NCBI GenBank assembly: GCA_951406725.2
Contig: OX597820.1
Location: forward strand, 20,088,001 to 20,152,000
From: Octopus vulgaris
Taxonomy: Eukaryota
Direction: 5' to 3'
DNA length: 64,000 nucleotides
The notes under the pieces are model-generated. The model saw only the letters and a list, made by a program, of their open reading frames with translations, ran no database searches and was not told the DNA's origin. Positions 40,504 through 52,365 of the stretch are shown piece by piece. The number at the start of each line of letters is the position of its first letter. Position 1 is the first letter of the stretch. The position numbers and the translations under genes were made by a program.

Positions 40504-40641
40504 TGCCAGTGGTGTGATCCCTTTTCGGTCCTGTATCCTGTGTAGCTGTTTTACCTCGCTTCATTTGCCACTTTACTTTACTACCAGGAAGCTGTTGCCA
40601 ACCACAAAACCCAGTTGAAAATGTACATGATTTAAAAGAGT
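40504..40641 (-). CDS. Exon 11: MAM4 N-part
   Basis: tag|DSFKSCTFSTGFCGWQQ..TGPKRDHTTG|gtaag; 138 nt, phase 1-1. Confidence 0.93.
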
Positions 40642-40715
40642 CTAAAACAAAACAAAACAAAACAATAACAATAAAAAACAAAACAGGAATAATAAAAAAC
40701 AACAACAGCCACAAT

Positions 40716-41055
40716 AACAAGAGCATTCAGAGAGCACAAACCTTCGCCAAGGCAACACAATGATTAGCCAGAGATGATTTTTAAAATGAGAATATCTGAA
40801 ATAAACTCGACTGCTCTCACAAACGAAAATACTAGAAAGGAACCTGATTGTTCTCAAAAATTAAGTAAAAAATTGGAAAAATGATCCAGTATCCTTGTCC
40901 CAAAATCTAATCAGTTTATGCCAGTCACAAGGCCAAACATTCCTGAAAGTTTCATCTGAATCCATTCTGCGGTTATTGAGATATCTTGTCCATGGACAAA
41001 CAAACAAACACAACTGAAAACAATACCTCAACCTTTGCTAAGGCAAAGGTTATAA
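40716..41055. mobile_element. Helentron-associated (HINE/DINE-1-like) non-autonomous element
   Basis: Subterminal ccttcgccaagg, (CAAA)n microsatellite, terminal hairpin acctttgc-taag-gcaaaggt. Confidence 0.45.
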
Positions 41056-41960
41056 CAATAAGAAACAAAACAAGAAGCTCCAATTTTAAAAAAAGCATTT
41101 TTAAAAAACTTGTTTTAACTTATTATTTTTGATACCATGGTCAGTGGAAGAAGAGCAACTCTGAGGACAACTTTCCAAGCCTCCAACATTAGTTGAAAGA
41201 AGATAGGAAGATATCTTTGGATCAGAGAGCTGAACAGAATACTGTGCTTTGTGTGATTTTGTAACTATAGAAAAAGGGACTACAAAGAAGGGAAAGAAGT
41301 GGGAGCTACAAATTTAAAATTCTACAGATACTCTTTCTACTCTGACCCCGAAAGAATGAAAGGCAAAGTTGACCTTGGCAGAATTTGAACTCAGAACGTA
41401 AAGACAGACGAAATACCGCTAAGCATGCTAATGTTTCTGCCAGCTCACTGCCTTAAGATATTCTTTTCTACTCTAGGCACAAAGCCTGAAATTTTTGGTA
41501 AGGGGACCAGTTGATTAGATCGACCCCAATACACAACTGGTACTTAATTTATTGACTTTGAAAGGCTGAAAGGCAAAGTCGACCTTGGTGGAATTTGAAC
41601 TCAGAATGTAAAGACAGACGAATTACTGCTAAGAATTTCGCCTGGGGTGCTAATGTTTCTGCCAGCTTGCCACCTTAAAATATTCCTTTCTACTCTAGGC
41701 ACAAGGCTCAAAATTTTTGGGGAGGGATCCAGTCGATTAGATCGACCCCAGTACACAACTTGTACTTACTTTATCGACCCCGAAAGAATGAAAGGCAAAG
41801 TTGACTTTGGCGAAATTTGAACTCAGAACATAAAGACAGATGAGATACTGCTAAGCATTTCACCTGGGGTGCTAACGTTTCTGCCAGATCGCTGCCTTCA
41901 AATTCTACAAATACTGTTGATTGGCAGAAAGCTTGAGAGACTGAATATCATAGATTAGAG

Positions 41961-42267
41961 CAGTGGTTTCCAAAGTGGGCAATATTGCCCCCTAATAGGG
42001 GCAGTGGAAAGTTCCAAAGGGGCACTGAAGAATAGTAGGGCAATAATGGGGATGGCGATTCATATAAAAAGTGGGTTGATAATGGGTAGCAATTTATGTA
42101 AAACAACAAATGGGTTCATGAGGTTAAGTTTTATTTGTTAAATACAGTTGCTTTGAATATGCTTTAGAAAGGGGTCTATGTTTGTGATGGTTAGTTGGGG
42201 TGGGGGTACTAGGAATGTGGGTTGGGTGTCCAAGGGGAGGCAGCCTAAAAAAGTTTGGGAACCACTG
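41961..42267. mobile_element. hAT-Charlie-like MITE
   Basis: TIR cagtggtttccaaa / tttgggaaccactg; flanks gattagag / gactagaa resemble the NTCTAGAN target. Confidence 0.75.
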
Positions 42268-42467
42268 GACTAGAAGAAAACAAAATGATACTGGTGAGCT
42301 TTTAGAATAAAAAGGACTTAAGACTAACAGGAAGCTTAACAGGGAAACGATTCACCTGTCAGAGTAATGACGGTGGAAATACTTGTAAGAAAGACACAAT
42401 GAAGGTACATTTCGATGATGAGCCAGTGATTCCAACAATCTGTTTTCTTTTTTTGTTTAAAAGAGAC

Positions 42468-43045
42468 TCATCATCATCATCGTTGTTCGACCGTGGTCGA
42501 GACAATGGATTTTACTATGTTACACCAGACTTCATGGTTCATCATAGCATTACGGCGGTCCTGTTGCTGGATGCCTGTATCCCTGGAGATTACATCAGGG
42601 TAGGAAAGTGTGCGCCCTCTGGTATCGCGAGCAGATGGCTTCCAGAGGAGAAGTGTAGAAATTACCTCGTATTCAGCTCTACAACAATGTCCAACAAACT
42701 GGACTCTTCTACTTTTCACAAGAGATGATACAGGTGGTAGTTTCCCGTATATTTGTACTTTGGTTGGATGACGCTTCCACGAGAGATTTTGAGCTCTCAT
42801 AAGGAGGCGAGTGTAAGCTCCATCCAACCGCCTCTCAAGCTTCTTTGATAACGTCCAGGTTTCTGAGCCATATAGTAGAATTGGTTCGACTGTGGCTTTG
42901 AAGATTTTAAGTTTGAAATCTCTACTTAGATTTGATGACCAGATCTTATGCATATCATTACAAGCTGACCAGGCCATACTCTTTCGAGTTAGAAAATCTT
43001 TTTCAGATGATGATATGTATGACCCAAGATACTTGTAATCAGAAG
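42468..43045 (-). mobile_element. 3' fragment of a second RTE-type LINE family
   Basis: YKYLGSYI..ILLYGSETWTLSK..GHC..RGR, ending TTVEQR followed by (GAT)n. Confidence 0.88.
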
Positions 43046-43318
43046 CAATGATAAATGACCGAGATCTTTGCCGTGCTTGAGAAGACTCATCAAGCCAAGT
43101 GATAGCATAGTTGTGGCCAATGCTGATGTTGTGTAACTGGCACTTGAGCCGGTGGCATGTAAAAAGCACCCATTATGCTCTTGGAGTGGTTGGCATTAGG
43201 AAGGGCATCCAGCCGTAGAAACCATGCAAATCAGATTAGAACCTGGTGCAGCTCTCCATCTTACCAGTTCCAGTCAAACTGTCTAACCCATGCCAGCATG
43301 GACAACAGACAGTAAATA

Positions 43319-43371
<53 letters not shown>

Positions 43372-44116
43372 GTCCCAAACAAAGCTTTAGGCCACCACAT
43401 TATAAAGGGACTACAAATATGTAAAAGAAGGGGCCTAGAAATTCAAATGATATTGATTGACAGAAAGCTTAAAGGAGTGAATATTACAGGCCAGTGGGAA
43501 ATGAGATGATGGTAGTGAGTTGAGGAAATAGCCTATTTCATTTCCCATCTTCATCATATCCCACTGAAATGCCATCTTGCAATCTCATGGGTGCATGCTC
43601 CTACCTCCTAGTTGGGATCCCCCCTGCTTTTTAGACTGTCAGTTCAACAAATATTTATATCCTCCTCCTCCTCCTCCTCCTCCTCATCATCATCATCATC
43701 GTCGTCGTTTAACGTCTGTTTTCCATGCTGGCATGGGATGGATGGTTCGACATGGAGCTGGCCGGTCAAGGAGCTATCCTAATTCCGATGATCTGTCATG
43801 GCACGGCTTCTATGGCTGGGTGCCCTTCTTAATGCTAATCCCTTTACAGAGCATGCTGGGTGCTTTTTACGTGCCATCTGCATGAGTCCATTTATGCGGT
43901 ACTGGCATGAGTGCATTTTATGTGGCACTGGCACCTGGAATGACAAACCTGTATATACGGATCACAGGGATTTTACTTAATGTCACGCATGTTCCCAGGT
44001 ACAGCAAATCACCATGATTCCTGGTCCCTTTCCATTTCCTCAATGAGGAATTATAATTCAAATAATCATAAATTGTAATTTATATAATTCATATAATTAT
44101 AAATAAATAATTCACA

Positions 44117-44298
44117 TACTGTATTTTAATGTCTATAAGGAACCCACTTTTGTCAAAAATTAGATAAAAAAAATATGGGAGTTTCTTATACATGGATAGT
44201 AATATACTCCCTTACAAAACCTTCTTTCTAAATTTTAAGCCCCCAAAATTAGGGGTTCCTTATACACGAGGGTTCCTTATATACATTAAAATATGGTA
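44117..44298. mobile_element. Short pogo/Tigger-like MITE
   Basis: TIR tactgtattttaatgtctataaggaaccc / gggttccttatatacattaaaatatggta. Confidence 0.75.
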
Positions 44299-44336
44299 AT
44301 TATAAATTCATATAATTATAAAATAGATTATCTCAC

Positions 44337-44417
44337 CTGTCTGAGGAACTGTTGCTGGCTTAGTGGTATATGATCTTTTGGCCGTAGTATGAGCAGCAAT
44401 AGCATTGCTTGGTTTAC
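44337..44417 (-). CDS. Exon 10: Thr/Pro-rich linker
   Basis: cag|RKPSNAIAAHTTAKRSYTTKPATVPQT|gtgag; 81 nt, symmetric phase 1-1. Confidence 0.82.
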
Positions 44418-45547
44418 CTGAGAAGATTCAAAATAATTAGTAAACATATAAAAGTGACAGAAGCAGTATAAGTACTGAGAGGTAACATTTATGCTCATGT
44501 GGATGTTCTGTTAGAACAAACTATACTGTGGTAGATACCATGAGAGAGACTCTCATATTGGCTTTTTAATGCAAAATGCACCCTTCTTTATATTGCTAGA
44601 GGGGTGATAAAGCCCTGCTATCCCCAGCACTGGGACCACAATATCTAGTATTTTAACCCTTTAGCATTCAGATTATTCTGTCAAACATAATGCTTATTTA
44701 TTCAAATTGATTTGCATTAATCCTGCTTCTAGATTTCAATGATGTACCCATGCCAGGATGGAAGGCAGACGTTAAACGATGACAGTAGTATATTTTTAGA
44801 ATGGCATGGTATGATAGGTGTGAGAGGCTAAATTCAGCCAGTTTGAACATAAAACATAGAATATTTAGGCCTGATATGGCTGGTTTAAATGCAAAAGGTT
44901 TAACCTACAGGTGTGTGCATGTGTGTGTGTCTATATATATGTGGAGGCGCAATGGTCCAGTGGTAAGAGCAGTGGACTCGTGGTCGTGGGAGAAGAATAG
45001 ATGATTTAGAGAAGAATAGATGAAATATTGGTTTTGAATTTTGGCACAAGGCCAAGAATTATGGTATAGGAACCAGGGGAAGAATAATTCCTGGCCTTGT
45101 GCCAAAATTCAAAACCGATATTTCATCTATTCTTCTCTGAATTCCTACTCCATAATTCCTGGCCTTGTGTCAAAATTCAAAATCAATATTTCACTTGAGA
45201 TTTGAAACCAATATTTCACAATGAAATTTTGGTTTTGAATTTTGGCACAAGGCCAAGAATTATGGGGTAGAAACCAGGAGAAGAACAGATGAAATATCAG
45301 CTTGAAATTTTGGCACAAGGCCAGGAATTATGGCAAAGGGGATAAGTCAATTACACCGACTGCCATGCTCAGCTGGCACTTATTTCATTACCCACCCCCA
45401 TGAAGGATGAAAAGTAATGTTGATCTTTGCAGAATTTGAACTCAGAACTCAAAGATGGATGAAATGCCATTAAACATTTTGCCCCATGTGCTAATAATTC
45501 TGCCAGCTTGCTGCCTTAAAAATAGATGAAAAAACAAAGGTACTTAC

Positions 45548-45629
45548 GTGCGCAATCATGTATTTTGTTAAAATGTGTGTCATCAATTGCCACATAGCTT
45601 TTGCTGCCAGACTTAACTTCAATTACAAT
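45548..45629 (-). CDS. Exon 9: MAM3 C-part
   Basis: tag|IVIEVKSGSKSYVAIDDTHFNKIHDCA|gtaag; 82 nt, phase 0-1. Confidence 0.9.
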
Positions 45630-45699
45630 CTATGAAGATAAAGTAAAGGGACTTTTATTGAATGAATGAATTAAAATATATAAATAAATAATAAGTACA

Positions 45700-45948
45700 T
45701 TATTTACATTATTTACATTTGATGGATTATTTCTCCTCATCTTTGTTGTTAACACGTTTCAGCTGATATACCCTCCAGCCTTCATCAGGTGTCTTGAGGA
45801 AATTTCGAACCTGGGTTCTCATTCCTAAGGTATTTTTCGCTGTTGTTATTATTATTAATATTATTATTATTATTCAGGTCGGCTGCCTGGAATTGAACTC
45901 GGGATCTTGGGGTTAGTAACCCGTGCTCTTAACCACTACGCTATATGC
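45700..45948 (-). mobile_element. tRNA-headed SINE-like element with hammerhead-like motif in its 3' part
   Basis: Head gcatatagcgtagtggttaagagcacgggttactaacccc..gagttcaattcc, (AAT)n, then GACAC CTGATGA AGGCTG..CAGCT GAAA CGTGTT; relatives at ~21200-21763 and 53160-53285 (head only). Confidence 0.75.
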
Positions 45949-46484
45949 CTGTAAATAATGTACACAATTCCTCATCTTTTAAATATAAAACTGTAAATAT
46001 TAAGCAACACACACACACATGCACACGCATACACAAGCACACACACACACACATACATGCATGCACATGTATATATACACACACACACACACATGCACAC
46101 GCATATACATACCACACAAACACATGCATATCCATCTTCCTTCTCATCAATGTTTTAACATCAGCTTTTTTCATGCTTGTATGAAGGAGACTTTCTACAG
46201 CCGGGTGCTCTTCCTGTTGCCAACTCTCACCTGTTTCCAATCAAGGGAATATTTCCCCCTCGTGATCAGACATGCTTTTGCAAAAAGCTGGAAATGATGG
46301 ACACTGCTTTTATGACTGTGACACTTGTTTACGGCTGTCATGAAGCATCGAGATGAGGACACACACACACATGCACACACACACACACACACACACACGC
46401 ATACACACTCACATGCGTGCACACACACATGGACACATGCACACACACATGTACACACATAGTTACATACTTGAGAAATTGGGG

Positions 46485-46983
46485 TTCTTGAGAAATTACG
46501 CTTCCCAAAATCAGAAAGGCGAAAGCTAATTCGAAGACTACAGATTCAATCCATTACTGGAACTGTAAAGATCTGTAAAACTTTCCAGAAGTTTATCATT
46601 TAAATATATATGAGCATGTCTAGATATGCAACTATATGTATGAGAATACATACATACAAACATACATACATACATACGTACATACGTACATACGTACATA
46701 CATACGTACATACATACGTACATACATTCATACATACATACATACGTACATACATACATACATAAATAAATAAATACTGCCTAAATACCAATCCTGAGAA
46801 ATTAAGCTTCTCAAAATCAGAAAGGCGAAAGCTAATTCGAAGACTACAGATCCAATCCATCACTGGAATTGTAAAGATCTGTAAAACTTTCGAGGAGTTT
46901 ATCATTTAAATATATATGAACATGTCTAGACATGCAACTATATGCATGAGAATACATACATAAAACAAAACATACAAATCTGC

Positions 46984-47014
<31 letters not shown>

Positions 47015-47115
47015 AAGTACTCCGTTGTTGATGTTGAAATTCCAATGGCGGAGCCTTGGATCTAGTTTAGAAACCAGCTCTTTCCCTATATGGCAAGAAA
47101 TCTTGAAATAAAACT
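46485..47115. repeat. Tandemly duplicated ~305-bp dispersed repeat with (TACA)n; third copy at ~61585-61910
   Basis: gagaaatta..aaaatcagaaaggcgaaagctaattcgaagactacaga..catgagaatacatac at ~46490 and ~46795. Confidence 0.8.
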
Positions 47116-47299
47116 GAACAATGACACACACACTACAGATTTCTTTCAGTGCTGTCCACTAACTCTATTCAGAAGGCTTTGGTCAGGCTGGGATTATAGT
47201 AGAAGATTCTTGCCCAAGGTACCATGCAGTGGGACTGAAGGTGAAATCATGTGGTTGCCAAATAAACTTCTTAATCACATAGCAATACTTGCATCCACA

Positions 47300-48090
47300 A
47301 ATATTGGTTTCAAATTTTGGCACAAGGCGAGCAACTTCACAGGAATGGCTAAGTCAATCCTATTGACCCCAGAACTCAACTGGTACTTATTTTATCGACC
47401 CTAAAAGTTGGACAGGTAAATCTACCTCAGAAGAATTTGAACTCAAAATGTGAAGACATGAAATGCTGCTAAGCATTTTGCTTGGCATTTCATCTATAAA
47501 TAATCTTTTCTACTCTAGGCACAAGGCTCGAAACTTTTGGGGGAGGGGACCACTCGATTATATTGATCCCAGTATGCAACTGATACTTAATTTATCGACC
47601 CCGAAAGGATGAAAGGCAAAGTCGACCTCGGCAGAATTTGAACTTAGAACGTAAAGACAGACAAAATACCTATTTCTTTACTATCCACAAGGGGCTAAAC
47701 ACAGAGGGGACAAACAAGGACAGACAAACGGATTAAGTCGATTATATCAATCCCAGTGCATAACTGGTACTTAATTTATCGACCCTGAAAGAATGAAAGG
47801 CAAAGTCGACCTCGGCAGAATTTGAACTCAGAACGTAAAAACAGACAAAATACCTATTTCTTTACTATCCACAAGGAGCTAAACACAGAGGGGACAAACA
47901 AGGACAGACAAACGGATTAAGTCGATTATATCGACCCCAGTGCTTAACTGGTACTTAATTTATCGACCCCAAAAGGATGAAAGGCAAAGTCGACCTCAGT
48001 GGAATTTGAACTCAGAACGTAGCGGCAGACAAAATACAGCTGAGCATTTCACCTGGCATGCTAATACTTCTGACAGCTCTCCACCTTATT
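47300..48090 (-). mobile_element. Tandem array of SINE family B, 184-bp unit
   Basis: tacttaatttatcgacc recurs at 47584, 47768 and 47952; other arrays at ~9390-9935, 16430-16935, 24925-25337, 36985-37402, 41335-41900. Confidence 0.88.
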
Positions 48091-48135
48091 GCATCTATAA
48101 ATAATAACAGGTAGATATACAAAGTGAGAACTTAC

Positions 48136-48395
48136 TGAAAATACTTCTGAAGTGTTTGATATAGGAACTTGTGCTTCCTTCCAGTTTCCTTCTTGCTCAT
48201 CTGTAAGCTGCCACAAAATACTTGTATTTGATGCCTTCTTGTACACTGTCATTGTGGCGGGTGTCTTCCCATATATATTGTACCATAAATGGAGACAGTT
48301 GACTGTTGGGTTAAAATCTGTGCTTACTAGTTTAGAAATACTGCCAGCTTGACCACTGTTTGATTTTGCCATAAGATAGTGACCTTTGGAAATAA
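48136..48395 (-). CDS. Exon 8: MAM3 middle
   Basis: aag|VISKGHYLMAK..CLHLWYNIYG..GNWKEAQVPI..VFS|gtaag; 260 nt, phase 1-0; an alternative in-frame acceptor 12 nt further in is possible. Confidence 0.88.
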
Positions 48396-48569
48396 CTTTA
48401 GGAAAAAAAAACATTAAGTATTTAGTAATTATGTAAAATAACAACTGACATTTCAATTTTGTATTTGGTTCGCATGACTCTTGATATGAATTTTTATGTT
48501 GAAACAGATTTTTTGAAAGAGCCATTATGCCAATAATTCTTTTCTAATTTTGGCTGGAGGCCAGGACTT

Positions 48570-50355
48570 TCCGACAACTGCAGGAGAAATACCTAGCTAA
48601 AGATAAACCCCTCTACATAGCTTTTGTGGACTTGGAGAAAGCCTTTGACAGGGTCCCCCGATCCCTTATCTGGTGGTCGATGCGGAAACTGGAGATTGAC
48701 GAATGGCTAATAAGGGCTGTACAGGCCCTATACAGAGAAGCTGTCAGCAAGGTTAGAATTGGCAACGAATATAGTGAAGAATTCCGGGTAGAAGTAGGTG
48801 TACACCAAGGCTCAGCCCTCAGTCCCCTTTTATTCATCATAGTCCTCCAGGCAATAACAGAGGAATTCAAAACAGGTTGCCCCTGGGAGCTCCTCTATGC
48901 TGATGACCTGGCTCTCATAGCAGAATCACTACCGGAACTAGAAAAGAAATTTCAGGTGTGGAAGCAAGGTTTAGAATCAAAGGGCCTTAGAGTAAATGTA
49001 GCAAAGACCAAAGTTATAGTGAGCAGAAAGGCGAACTCAGCACACACACCCTCGGGCAGGTGGCCCTGCTCGATCTGTAGGAAAGGTGTAGGTAAAAACT
49101 CCATAAGATGTACCCAGTGTAAGCTATGGACGCATAAGAGGTGCAGCAACATCAAAGGGAAATTAACTGATAAGATAGCTTTCATGTGCGGCAGATGCAC
49201 AGGGACAATAGACACCACAGATACTCAGAAAACAGATTCCATCACACTCCAGGGGGAGAAACTAGAAGTAGTTGATAGTTTCCGCTACCTGGGTGACCAA
49301 GTTAGTAGTGGAGGTGGATGCTCAGAGAGTGTCACCACTAGAATACAAATAGCCTGGGCAAAGTTTAGAAAGCTCCTACCCCTACTGGCGACAAAGGGTC
49401 TCTCGCTTAGAGTGAAAGGTAGATTGTATGATGCATGTGTGCGAACTGCCATGCTTCACGGTAGTGAAACATGGGCTGTGACTGCAGAGGACATGCGTAG
49501 ACTTGAAAGGAATGAAGCTAGCATGATCTGCTGGATGTGTAATGTCAGTGTGCGCACACGACATATGCTGGACATAAGAAGCATCAGATGTGGTGTGCAA
49601 GAGTGACACTTACGATGGTATGGTCATGTACTGTGGATGGATGAGGAGAGATGTGTGAAGAAGTGCTGCTCCCAAACAGTTGAAGGTTTCAGGGGGAGAG
49701 GAAGATCCAGAAAGACATGGGTGAGACAGCCAAGCATGACCTCAGAGCGTTGGGCCTCACAGAGGCAATGGCAAAGGACCGAGATCTCTGGAGATATGCT
49801 GTGACTACAAAGACCCGGGCTGCTTCCTGCACCAGTCCCACATAGCCCCTGCCCATTAAAAGTACCTTGGATACCAGAACATCCCTCTGTGCTTGAGGAG
49901 ACCTATTGAGTCAAGTACATGAACATTGAAACAAATATCAATGGAAATAGTAGTTGTGATACCTGTACCGGTGGCACATAAAAAGCACCATCCGAACGTG
50001 GCTGATGCCAGCGCCACCTCGACTGGCTTCTGTGCCGATGGCACATAAAAAGCACCATCCAAACGTGGCCGATGCCAGCGCCGGCTTGACTGGTTTCCAT
50101 GCCAGTGACACGTTAAAAGCACCAACCGATCGTGGCCGATGCCAGACTCCCCTGGCACCTGTGCCGGTGGCACGTAAAAAGCACCCACTACACTCGTGGA
50201 GTGGTTGGCGTTAGGAAGGGCATCCAGCTGTAGAAACACTGCCAGATCAGACTGGAGCCTGGTGCAGCCCCTGGCTTCCCAGACCCCGGTCGAACCAGCC
50301 AACCCGTGCTAGCACGGAAAACGGACGTTAAACAATGAGGACGATGATGATGATG
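48570..50355 (+). mobile_element. 5'-truncated RTE-clade LINE: RT with embedded PHD-like finger, 3' UTR with ~60-bp subrepeats, (GAT)n tail
   Basis: ORF 48626-49606 has DLEKAFD, GVHQGSALSPLLF, LLYADD, FRYLG, MLHGSETW; premature stop at ~49604; antisense to host gene. Confidence 0.93.
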
Positions 50356-50931
50356 GTTAGCACCCAACACACACTGTAAAGTGGTTGGCATTTGGAAGAG
50401 CATCCAGCTGTAGAAACCATGCCACAACAGACAATTGGAGTTTGGACAGCTCCTCAGTTGGCTAGCTCCTATCAAACCGTCCAGTCCATGCCAGCATAGA
50501 AAATGGACATTAAACGATAATGATGATGATGATGGTGATGATGATGATGATGATGATGATGATGAGGATGATGGTGATGATGATGATGATGATGATAATG
50601 TGGTTTCCATATAGTCTACTAGTTCCACTCACTGATAAGGAATTGGTTGACCTGAGTCAATAGTAGAAGCCCAAAGTTCCTCACAATGAATAGAACCTGA
50701 AACTATGTGGTTATAGAGTGAGTTGTGTAACCATGTAGTTATTCTCTGCTGCCCTATACCCATGTAAATTTTAAATTAAGTAATGTGATTTGGTCCCTTA
50801 TCCCTTCAAAACTATGGCAAACACAGTGGAACCTTTATATATTACTGTTCTATATTTTTATTGATTGATGTTAGAGGAAGTATATTTTAAGAGAAATATG
50901 GTAACAAAAGAGTTAATTGATGCTAACTCAC

Positions 50932-51063
50932 CTTTGATATTTGTGTGGTCCGTGAGAGGGCCTAACGCTTTGGATTTTACATCAGCTTTCTGAATGAGCC
51001 AATCAAAGTCATTTTCATCTGACATTTCCCAGTCACAGATTCCATTTTCAAAGTTACATGTTC
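50932..51063 (-). CDS. Exon 7: MAM3 N-part
   Basis: cag|GTCNFENGICDWEMSDENDFDWLIQ..GPLTDHTNIK|gtgag; 132 nt, phase 1-1. Confidence 0.93.
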
Positions 51064-51337
51064 CTGAAATATAATTTAAATTTGAGTGATAAAAAAAAGA
51101 ATCATTACATATGTGTTTTGGGGGTTTGAAGAGTCTATTTCATGATTATTTCCTTTAGCCAACCCTTACCTGTTTCCATGTAAGGTAAACACACACACAC
51201 AACAGGATTCTTTCAGTTTCCATCTATCAAATCTACTCACATGGCTTTAATCCATATTAAGCAACTATCCTCATTTAAGGACAGTTCTATTTGTTTTATT
51301 TACTGCAATATTGTTTTATTTACTGGACGCTTACATA

Positions 51338-51502
51338 GGCGCAGGAGTAGCTGTGTGGTAAGTAGCTTGCTAACCAACCACATGGTTCCGGGTTCAGTCC
51401 CACTGCGTGGCATCTTGGGCGAGTGTCTTCTGCTAAAGCCCCGGGCCGACCAATGCCTTGTGAGTGGATTTGGTAGACGGAAACTGAAAGAAGCCTGTCG
51501 TA

Positions 51503-51547
<45 letters not shown>

Positions 51548-51770
51548 TTGTGTGTCTGTGTTTGTCCCCCTAGCATTGCTTGACAACCGATGCTGGTGTG
51601 TTTACGTCCCCGTCACTTAGCGGTTCGGCAAAAAGAGACCCGATAGAATAAGTACTGGGGCTTACAAAGAATAAGTCCCGGGGTCGATTTGCTCGACTAA
51701 AAGGCGGTGCTCCAGCATGGCCGCAGTCAAATGACTGAAACAAGTAAAAGAGAGTAAAAGAGTAAAGAGT
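51338..51770 (+). mobile_element. tRNA-derived SINE family A, full length
   Basis: A/B-box-like head (tggctgtgtggt..ggttcagtccc consensus), central (TA/TG)n, TAAAAGAG tail; further + copies at ~7805-8195, 14813-15190, 22356-22690, 24358-24760, 31411-31826, 32732-33138. Confidence 0.9.
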
Positions 51771-52137
51771 ATATGTTTGTTATCCCTAGTTATATAACTA
51801 ACTTCAAAATTTCGACAGTGAACCTAGTTTAAAATAGCATTCTAAACATGAACAATTACAACATCCACCAAATCAAAGCCATGAGATAATGCATAATTTA
51901 TTCAAAACAAGGTGAATAAATAAGCATTATATTTGGTATGGCCTCACCTGGCACCTGTGCGGGTGGCACGTAAAAATCACCCACTACACTCACAGAGTGG
52001 TTGGCGTTAGGAAGGGCATCCAGCTGTAGAAAATTTGCCAGATAAGACTGGAGCCTGGTGCAGCCTTCTGGCTTCCCAGATCCCCGGTCAAACCGTCCAA
52101 CCCATGCTAGCATGGAGAACAGACGTTAAACGATAAA

Positions 52138-52170
<33 letters not shown>

Positions 52171-52212
52171 TTCTGACTGCAAAAGGGTTAAAAAAAAAAC
52201 TAAAAAAATTAC

Positions 52213-52365
52213 CTTGTTTATTACACTGGCCACTGCGAACAGTAAAATCATCAATGGCAATGTCTCCATCGTATTTACCACCAACAATAGCTTGGAAATA
52301 AATCTGATATTGCTTATGAGAATTTATTTGTATTGATGATAACTGCCAGTCAGAATTTTGATGTC
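52213..52365 (-). CDS. Exon 6: MAM2 C-part
   Basis: cag|GHQNSDWQ..GDIAIDDFTVRSGQCNKQ|gtaat; 153 nt, phase 1-1. Confidence 0.93.
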
